Below, piece by piece: positions 47,704 through 54,103 of a stretch of 64,000 bases of DNA. This DNA is from Chitinophaga pinensis (lineage in GTDB: Bacteria; Bacteroidota; Bacteroidia; SXHM01). The notes under the pieces were generated by a model. It did not search any database. It had not been told where the DNA came from and was given only the letters and a program-made list of their open reading frames with translations. The first letter of the stretch is position 1, and every line of letters starts with the position of its first letter. The stretch covers positions 245 to 64,244 of the forward strand of contig CAMDBK010000002.1 in assembly GCA_945889235.1 (NCBI GenBank). Reading direction: 5' to 3'. Both the position numbers and the translations under genes were made by a program.

Positions 47704-50685
47704 ATGGAATACAATCATAAAGAGGTTGAACATTACTGGCAGGAATACTGGAAAAAAAATAAAACCTATGCAGTCAAAACCCCCTCTCCCCTTGGGGGAG
47801 AGGACAGGAGAGGGGTGCCAAAATATTATGTGCTGGACATGTTCCCTTATCCTTCCGGTGCGGGCTTGCACGTGGGACATCCGCTGGGCTACATTGCTTC
47901 CGATATTTATTCACGATACAAACGCTCACAGGGGTTTAATGTATTGCATCCGATGGGCTATGATTCATTTGGCTTGCCTGCGGAACAATATGCAATTCAA
48001 ACGGGACAACATCCTGCAGTAACAACCGAACAAAACATTAAACGCTACCGCGAACAATTAGATAAACTTGGTTTTTCATTTGACTGGGACAGACAGGTGA
48101 AAACTTCTGATCCGAGTTATTACAAATGGACTCAATGGATATTTCTGCAACTCTTTAATTCGTGGTATAATCCGGAGACAAATAAAGCGGAAGCGATTGA
48201 AACTTTGATTCAGAAATTGGAGACTGAAAGAACTAACTGGAAAACTTTATCTGAAAAAGAAAAGAGCGATGAACTGATGGAATATCGCATTGCTTATTTG
48301 GGTGAAGCATTTGTGAACTGGTGTCCTGCTTTGGGAACTGTGTTAGCGAATGATGAAGTGAAAGACGGTGTTTCGGAACGTGGTGGCTATCCTGTGGAGC
48401 GCAAGCTGATGAAGCAATGGAGCATGCGAATCACTGACTATGCAGAAAGATTACTGACCGGTTTGGATTCTATTGACTGGAGTGAATCAATTAAAGAAGC
48501 GCAACGGAATTGGATTGGAAAAAGCGTGGGCGCTTCGCTGCAATTTAAAATGGACAATGGAGAATGGACAATTGAAGTGTTTACTACGCGACCAGATACA
48601 CTTTTTGGAATTACTTTTTTAACGCTTGCTCCCGAGCACGAATTGGTTTCTAAAATCACAACAGAAGAAAATAAACAAGCTATTGAAGCCTATTTAAATT
48701 ACGCCAAAAATCGCAGTGAGCGTGAGCGTCAGGCTGATGTAAAAAAAATAACAGGACAGTTTACAGGTGCTTATGCAATTCATCCTTTTACCGGAAAACA
48801 AATTCCGGTGTGGGTGGGAGATTATGTTCTGGCAGGTTACGGAACAGGCGCTGTGATGGCTGTTCCGGGTGGCGACCAGCGCGACTGGAGTTTTGCAAAA
48901 CATTTTAGATTGCCTATTATTCCTGTGATTGAGAATAGCGACATCGAAAAAGAAGCCAACGAAAGCAAGGAAGGAAAAATGATCAACTCAGATTTTCTGA
49001 ATGGCTTGCAGGTGAAAGAAGCAATCAAAAGAATAATTGCTGAAATAGAAAAGCGCGGACTTGGAAAAGGCAAAATAAATTTCCGTTTGCGTGATGCTGC
49101 CTTTGGCCGCCAACGCTATTGGGGCGAGCCTATTCCTATTTATTACAAGGATGGAATTCCTTACGCAGTGGATGAAAAAGACCTGCCCGTTGTATTGCCT
49201 GAAGTGGATAAATTTTTACCAACCGAAGATGGTGAACCACCATTGGCGCGCGCCAAAGACTGGACATATACGCCTCATCCCCAACCCTTCTCCAAAGGAG
49301 AAGGGAGCAGAGACGCAAGCACAGCTAACGACTCCCTCTCCTTTGGAGAGGGTCGGGGTGAGGCTTATCCTCTCGAATCTACCACTATGCCCGGCTGGGC
49401 AGGAAGCTCATGGTATTATCTGCGCTACATGGACCCGCACAATGACAAAGAGTTTGTTTCCAAAGCAGCAGCAGATTACTGGAAAGATGTTGATTTTTAT
49501 TTAGGTGGCTCTGAACACGCAACAGGACATTTATTGTATGTACGCTTCTGGACAAAATTTTTGAAAGACCGCGGATTTATTTCTATTGAAGAGCCTGCAA
49601 AGAAGCTGGTAAATCAGGGGATGATACAGGGGGTTTCACAATTTATTCATCCATTGATTTTAAGCCCAGGACCTATAATGGACGATAATGTTGATTATCT
49701 GGAACCAAATTATTTCCCACGGGTTTTTATTTCGAAATCATGGGCCGATGATTTGCATGATGGAAATTTATCTATAGAAAGACAAACACTAATTAATAAT
49801 GAATTAGAAAAAATAAAACTTGATTTAGAAAAGAAATATCCCATCAAGCGAGCGTCATTAAATTATTCCTTAAGAGTAGGGGCATATAGAGTTGATATAA
49901 AATTTGTCAATAATGGAATACTAAATATCGAAGAGGTAAGAGATTGGAATGAGGAAACCAAAACCGCAATATTTATTACAGATGAAGAAGATGAAATAAA
50001 ATGCACTTCTGAAGTTGAAAAAATGTCCAAGTCAAAATGGAATGTTGTAAATCCAGATGAGTTGGTAGAAAAATACGGAGCAGATACTTTACGCATGTAT
50101 GAAATGTTCCTTGGTCCGCTTGAGCAAAGCAAGCCCTGGAACACCAATGGAATTACAGGAGTTTCAGGATTTCTGAAAAAATTCTGGAAGCTGTATCAAA
50201 ATGTTTCTGAAGAAAAAGCAAGCAAAGCAGAATTAAAAGTTCTTCACAAAACCATTAAGAAAATCACAGATGATATTGAGAAACTTTCGTTCAATACCTG
50301 TGTGAGCACCTTTATGATTTGCGTGAATGAACTCACCGATTTGAGATGCAACAAGCGTGAAATCTTAGAACCTTTGGTTGTTTTGATTGCACCTTTAGCT
50401 CCGCACATTGCTGAAGAGTTGTGGAAAAACTTCGGTCACACTGAAAGCGTAACGATTGCAAAATGGCCAGAATACAAAGAGGAATACACCGTTGAGAATT
50501 CATTCAGCTATCCTGTTTCATTCAATGGTAAAACACGTTTCTTTCAGGAGTTTGATGCTTCACTTTCAAAAGAAGATGTGGAAAAAGAAGTGATGGCACT
50601 GGAGCAAACACAGAAATACTTAGAAGGCAAACAACCGAAAAAAGTGATTGTTGTTCCGAAGAAGATAGTGAATATTGTTGTGTAA
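47704..50685 (+). CDS. leuS: Leucine-tRNA ligase
   Basis: Full-length LeuRS: HVGHPLGY (HIGH), CP1 editing domain, KMSKSK. It carries three repeat-element copies in frame. Confidence 0.97.
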   Translation: MEYNHKEVEHYWQEYWKKNKTYAVKTPSPLGGEDRRGVPKYYVLDMFPYPSGAGLHVGHPLGYIASDIYSRYKRSQGFNVLHPMGYDSFGLPAEQYAIQTGQHPAVTTEQNIKRYREQLDKLGFSFDWDRQVKTSDPSYYKWTQWIFLQLFNSWYNPETNKAEAIETLIQKLETERTNWKTLSEKEKSDELMEYRIAYLGEAFVNWCPALGTVLANDEVKDGVSERGGYPVERKLMKQWSMRITDYAERLLTGLDSIDWSESIKEAQRNWIGKSVGASLQFKMDNGEWTIEVFTTRPDTLFGITFLTLAPEHELVSKITTEENKQAIEAYLNYAKNRSERERQADVKKITGQFTGAYAIHPFTGKQIPVWVGDYVLAGYGTGAVMAVPGGDQRDWSFAKHFRLPIIPVIENSDIEKEANESKEGKMINSDFLNGLQVKEAIKRIIAEIEKRGLGKGKINFRLRDAAFGRQRYWGEPIPIYYKDGIPYAVDEKDLPVVLPEVDKFLPTEDGEPPLARAKDWTYTPHPQPFSKGEGSRDASTANDSLSFGEGRGEAYPLESTTMPGWAGSSWYYLRYMDPHNDKEFVSKAAADYWKDVDFYLGGSEHATGHLLYVRFWTKFLKDRGFISIEEPAKKLVNQGMIQGVSQFIHPLILSPGPIMDDNVDYLEPNYFPRVFISKSWADDLHDGNLSIERQTLINNELEKIKLDLEKKYPIKRASLNYSLRVGAYRVDIKFVNNGILNIEEVRDWNEETKTAIFITDEEDEIKCTSEVEKMSKSKWNVVNPDELVEKYGADTLRMYEMFLGPLEQSKPWNTNGITGVSGFLKKFWKLYQNVSEEKASKAELKVLHKTIKKITDDIEKLSFNTCVSTFMICVNELTDLRCNKREILEPLVVLIAPLAPHIAEELWKNFGHTESVTIAKWPEYKEEYTVENSFSYPVSFNGKTRFFQEFDASLSKEDVEKEVMALEQTQKYLEGKQPKKVIVVPKKIVNIVV
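47780..47817. repeat. GEG-type palindromic element variant inside the leuS 5' end
   Basis: ccccctctccccttgggggagaggacaggagaggggtg. Translated as PSPLGGEDRRGV, just upstream of the HIGH region. Confidence 0.85.
49272..49364. repeat. Head-to-head dimer of GEG-type elements inside leuS (93 nt = 31 codons)
   Basis: 49272-49312 is a forward copy, 1 mismatch to 41957-41997. 49332-49364 is an inverted copy resembling 29784-29816. Translated as PHPQPFSKGEGSRDASTANDSLSFGEGRGEA. Confidence 0.9.
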
Positions 50686-50689
50686 ATCA

Positions 50690-50752
50690 CGTCACCCTGA
50701 ATTTATTTCAGGGTCTTAAGAGTGAGATGCTGAAACAAGTTCAGCATGACGA
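50690..50752. repeat. Double-hairpin repeat B1 at the convergent leuS / PAP2-like gene junction
   Basis: cgtCACCCTGAAtttatTTCAGGGTcttaagagtgagATGCTGAActtgTTCAGCATgacga-type structure, read as 50690-50752. Likely a bidirectional terminator. Confidence 0.75.
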
Positions 50753-50755
50753 GAA

Positions 50756-51367
50756 CTACACAAAGAAGACAATCCCGGCCATCAACGCAGTTCCTACAAC
50801 AAATCCGGAATACACCTGTGCAGGCGTGTGTGCATAGAGTTTCAGTCGCGCATAACCAACAAATCCTGCAAGCAGAACAACGAGATAAATCGGCAGAATA
50901 AAATCTGCACCCAAGCGGATTGACAAGCCCAGCAGGCTACCGATAACTCCGCCAACAGCAATCATGTGAATACTTATTTTCCAAATCATTGTGATGAAAA
51001 AACAAATCACGATGGATAAAATTGTTCCGAGTAACAATAAATAAACTATTCCGGGAAGCGCGAGTTTGCGCAGCAAATAATACAACGCAAAATAGAGAAT
51101 AATGGAAACGAGAAAAGGAATTCTGCGCTCCGATGCTTCAGGCATTTCAAGGCTGGAAATAATTCCGCGTTTAATAAGAGTGAGGAAAATCAACGTGGGC
51201 AGCACAACAGTAAACGTGATGAACATTATGTAAATTGCAATCTTAGCTTCGCTGCTGATGCTGAAAGCAATGTAGGTATTGCTGTTGAACAAAATCAACA
51301 AGGTGAGCAGCGGCATCATCAACGGCTGAAAAATGATTGAAATTATTTTGGCAAATTTTATTTCCAT
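50756..51367 (-). CDS. PAP2-superfamily-like membrane protein
   Basis: Six hydrophobic spans and degenerate PAP2 motifs (ERRIP; SIH; ARLKLYAHTPAQVYSG). I moved the start to MEIKF because the track extension runs into a palindrome. Confidence 0.5.
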   Translation of the reverse strand: MEIKFAKIISIIFQPLMMPLLTLLILFNSNTYIAFSISSEAKIAIYIMFITFTVVLPTLIFLTLIKRGIISSLEMPEASERRIPFLVSIILYFALYYLLRKLALPGIVYLLLLGTILSIVICFFITMIWKISIHMIAVGGVIGSLLGLSIRLGADFILPIYLVVLLAGFVGYARLKLYAHTPAQVYSGFVVGTALMAGIVFFV

Positions 51368-51376
51368 AGGTTTTGT

Positions 51377-51445
51377 GCCACAGATTACACAGATTTTCAC
51401 TGATTAATTCGAAGCAAATCTGTGTGAATTTGTGTAATCTGTGGC
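51377..51445. repeat. Heptamer-built hairpin D1 (ACAGATT units; outer 15-bp perfect stem GCCACAGATTACACA)
   Basis: gccacagattacacagattttcactgattaattcgaagcaaatctgtgtgaatttgtgtaatctgtggc. Confidence 0.8.
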
Positions 51446-51453
51446 TACTATTT

Positions 51454-52230
51454 TCATTTTAGTTCAAAATCATCGGCATCCATTGCAGCAGGAAACTTCT
51501 CACGGTACTCCTGCAAAAAATTCCATGTAAGCGTAATAGTTTCATGTTTATTTTCATTCTGTTTTATTGTGCTCATTTTTTCTCCGAGTGGATTATAAAC
51601 TACACTGTCGCCTGAATAATCAACATCGTATCCGTCAGCTCCGATGCGGTTTACAGCAAGAACATAACTTTGGTTTTCAACCGCACGCGCAGGAAGTAAT
51701 GTGTTCCATGCAAGGCTTCTTCTTGATGGCCAGTTGGCAACATAAATCAAAACATCATAATCAAAATTTTTATTTCTGCTCCAAACAGGGAATCGTAAAT
51801 CGTAACAAATCAGCGGACAAATTTTCCAACCTTTTAATGTTGTAATCAATTTGTTTTCTCCTGCGGTAAAATGATTTTGTTCGTTTGCCATTCGGAAAAG
51901 ATGGCGTTTATCATACGTTTGAAATTTTCCGTCAGGCTGCATCCAGATTAAGCGATTATAGTTTTTTCCGTTTTCGGTAATCATCAGACTGCCGGTAATC
52001 ACGCAGTTTTTTTCTTGCGCTTTTTCTTTCAGCCATTCTATTGATTTACCACTCATACTTTCAGCAACCGCAGTGTTCATTGTAAAACCTGTGCTGAACA
52101 TTTCAGGTAAAATTATCAAGTCTGTTTGCTCTTTAACTTTGTTCAGTATTTCATTAAACATGGAAATATTCTCTTCCACATTTTCCCAGTGAAGTTGTGT
52201 TTGAACCGATGTTATTTTTAAATCTTCCAT
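51454..52230 (-). CDS. Carbon-nitrogen hydrolase family protein (omega-amidase/YafV-like)
   Basis: E-K-C nitrilase-superfamily pattern: ILPEMF, RLIWMQPDGK..YDKRHLF, ICPLICYDLRFP. Confidence 0.85.
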   Translation of the reverse strand: MEDLKITSVQTQLHWENVEENISMFNEILNKVKEQTDLIILPEMFSTGFTMNTAVAESMSGKSIEWLKEKAQEKNCVITGSLMITENGKNYNRLIWMQPDGKFQTYDKRHLFRMANEQNHFTAGENKLITTLKGWKICPLICYDLRFPVWSRNKNFDYDVLIYVANWPSRRSLAWNTLLPARAVENQSYVLAVNRIGADGYDVDYSGDSVVYNPLGEKMSTIKQNENKHETITLTWNFLQEYREKFPAAMDADDFELK

Positions 52231-53385
52231 TTATATTTTACAGAGTTTTTCTGCAGCAGCAGTAAGCACTTCCTCGGTTTTCGCAAAACAAAAACGAATG
52301 TATTTGTTGTCCACTCCACCGTGATAAAAAACCGAGATAGGAATAGACGCTACTTTATTTTCTTTGGTAATGCGCACAGCAAAATCCGTGTCTTTCTCTT
52401 GTGAGATGCTATCGTATTTTACCAACTGAAAATATGTTCCTGCACTTGGCAGAAAACTAAATCGCGAATTTTTTATCAGTGAATTAAAGTAATCCCGTTT
52501 CTGCTGATAAAATTTTGGCAGACTTAAATAGTTGTTTTCTTCTTTCAGAAAATCTGCGAGTGCCATTTGTATAGGTGTGTTGCAAGTGAACACAATATAC
52601 TGATGTGCTTTGCGATATTCAGCCATTAAATTTTCAGGACCTAAGACATAACCCATTTTCCAACCCGTGTTGTGAAATGTTTTTCCGAATGAAAAAACTG
52701 CAAGACTTCTTTCTGCCAGGTTTGGAAACCTGCACACACTCTGGTGTTCACGCCCATCAAAAATAATATGCTCATACACTTCATCGCTCAATATTATGAT
52801 ACCGGTGTTCTTTGTTATATTTTCAAGTTCCTGCATATCAACTGCACTTAACACACTGCCTGTTGGGTTATGCGGAGTATTGATGATAATCATCTTCGTG
52901 CGCGGAGAAATTAATTTCCTCACCTCATTCCAGTCGATATGAAAGTCAGGTTGCTTCAATTGAACGTAAATCGGAATTCCACCATTCAATTCTATGGAAG
53001 GCGTATAACTATCATAAGCCGGCTCAAATAAAATCACTTCATCTCCCTGATTAATCAAAGCTGCTATGGCTGTGTAGATGGCAAGAGTAGCACCGGCTGT
53101 AATTGTAACTTCAGAGTCGGGATTATATTTTGTTGAATATAATTTTTCAATTTTTTCTGCAATGGCTTCACGCAAACCAATAAAACCGGGCATTGGTGCG
53201 TACTGGTTGAAACCCTTTTTCATGTAATGATGCACCTTGTCAAACAAATCCTGTGAGCTGCTATAATCCGGAAACCCCTGCGAAAGATTAGTTGCGCCAA
53301 CTTCGGCAGCCAATTTTGACATCACCGTAAATATAGTAGTTCCTGTTTTTTGTAGTCGTGATTGTATGTCTCCGGGGAATTGCAT
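52231..53385 (-). CDS. PLP-dependent aminotransferase class I/II (methionine/glutamine aminotransferase YbdL-like)
   Basis: NLSQGFPD, YAPMPG, the PHNPTG motif and SFGKTFHNTGWKMGY (PLP lysine) are present. Confidence 0.9.
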   Translation of the reverse strand: MQFPGDIQSRLQKTGTTIFTVMSKLAAEVGATNLSQGFPDYSSSQDLFDKVHHYMKKGFNQYAPMPGFIGLREAIAEKIEKLYSTKYNPDSEVTITAGATLAIYTAIAALINQGDEVILFEPAYDSYTPSIELNGGIPIYVQLKQPDFHIDWNEVRKLISPRTKMIIINTPHNPTGSVLSAVDMQELENITKNTGIIILSDEVYEHIIFDGREHQSVCRFPNLAERSLAVFSFGKTFHNTGWKMGYVLGPENLMAEYRKAHQYIVFTCNTPIQMALADFLKEENNYLSLPKFYQQKRDYFNSLIKNSRFSFLPSAGTYFQLVKYDSISQEKDTDFAVRITKENKVASIPISVFYHGGVDNKYIRFCFAKTEEVLTAAAEKLCKI

Positions 53386-53420
53386 CGGTGGTTTTGTTTC
53401 GGGAATAAAAGTAGGAACAA

Positions 53421-53478
53421 GCCACTAATTACACTAATTTACACTAATTAATTCGTACTAATTTGTGAAATTAGTGGC
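53421..53478. repeat. Heptamer-built hairpin D2 (ACTAATT units; same architecture and AATTCG centre as D1)
   Basis: gccactaattacactaatttacactaattaattcgtactaatttgtgaaattagtggc. Confidence 0.8.
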
Positions 53479-53521
53479 GAAAGAAAAAAAGTACTATCTA
53501 TGCAAAAAATTTCAAAAAAAG

Positions 53522-54037
53522 ATGAAAATCACAACAAACTCAGTAGTGTCAGTTACCTATAAACTGAATTCAAAACCGGAAGGCGGAGAAGAGAAATTTA
53601 TTGAAGAGGCGGGGAAAAATAACCCACTTACTTTTCTCTTTGGAGTAGGCGGAATGATTGCAGGGTTTGAAATAAATCTTGACGGACTTGCCGTTGGCGA
53701 TAAATTTAATTTCAGTGTTAAACCTGCAGATGCTTATGGTGAAAAGCATCCTGATAATTTGGTTGACCTTCCTATTGAGGCTTTTAAAAACGAGAAAGGC
53801 GAAGTTCAACGTGATATGCTGAAAATCGGAGCTATTATTCCGATGCAGGATAACGAAGGTCATCACATGCGTGGTATTGTTACAAAAGTTGGAATCAATG
53901 AGGTAACCATGGATTTTAATCATCCGCTTGCAGGAAACCATTTGCGTTTTGAAGGCGAAGTGCTTGCAGTAAGAACCGCTACTGCTGATGAATTAGCGCA
54001 TGGTCACGTTCACGGACCGGGCGGACATCACCACTAA
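53522..54037 (+). CDS. slyD: FKBP-type peptidyl-prolyl isomerase SlyD with His-rich tail
   Basis: VVSVTYKL...FLFG.G..I.GFE..L.G...GD.F plus IF-domain insert and the C-terminal HGHVHGPGGHHH. I chose the start at MKITTN. Confidence 0.9.
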   Translation: MKITTNSVVSVTYKLNSKPEGGEEKFIEEAGKNNPLTFLFGVGGMIAGFEINLDGLAVGDKFNFSVKPADAYGEKHPDNLVDLPIEAFKNEKGEVQRDMLKIGAIIPMQDNEGHHMRGIVTKVGINEVTMDFNHPLAGNHLRFEGEVLAVRTATADELAHGHVHGPGGHHH

Positions 54038-54040
54038 TTT

Positions 54041-54103
54041 TCGTCATGCTGAACTCGTTTCAGCATCTTAATTATGAGACCCTGAAACAAGTTCAGGGTG
54101 ACG
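54041..54103. repeat. Double-hairpin repeat B2 (inverted copy of B1) at the convergent slyD / DUF5686 junction
   Basis: tcgtcatgctgaactcgtttcagcatcttaattatgagaccctgaaacaagttcagggtgacg. The reverse complement of B1 aligns along its whole length, with differences mainly in loops and linker. Confidence 0.8.

Noticed and set aside
47644-47880. 78-aa minus-strand ORF spanning the leuS start
   Set aside because: It is an artefact of the two inverted GEG-type elements and overlaps the unambiguous LeuRS N-terminus.
49620-49990. Large LeuRS insertion (approx 120 aa, GVSQFIHPL...EVEKMSKSK) as a possible intein or mobile insert
   Set aside because: It has no intein splice motifs or repeat-element sequence. 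As far as I recall, a long insertion before KMSKS is a lineage-typical feature of Bacteroidota LeuRS.
50690-54103. Composite transposon bounded by inverted repeats B1/B2
   Set aside because: The four enclosed genes are ordinary metabolic or housekeeping genes and there is no transposase. Both repeats sit exactly at convergent gene ends, where terminator hairpins are expected.
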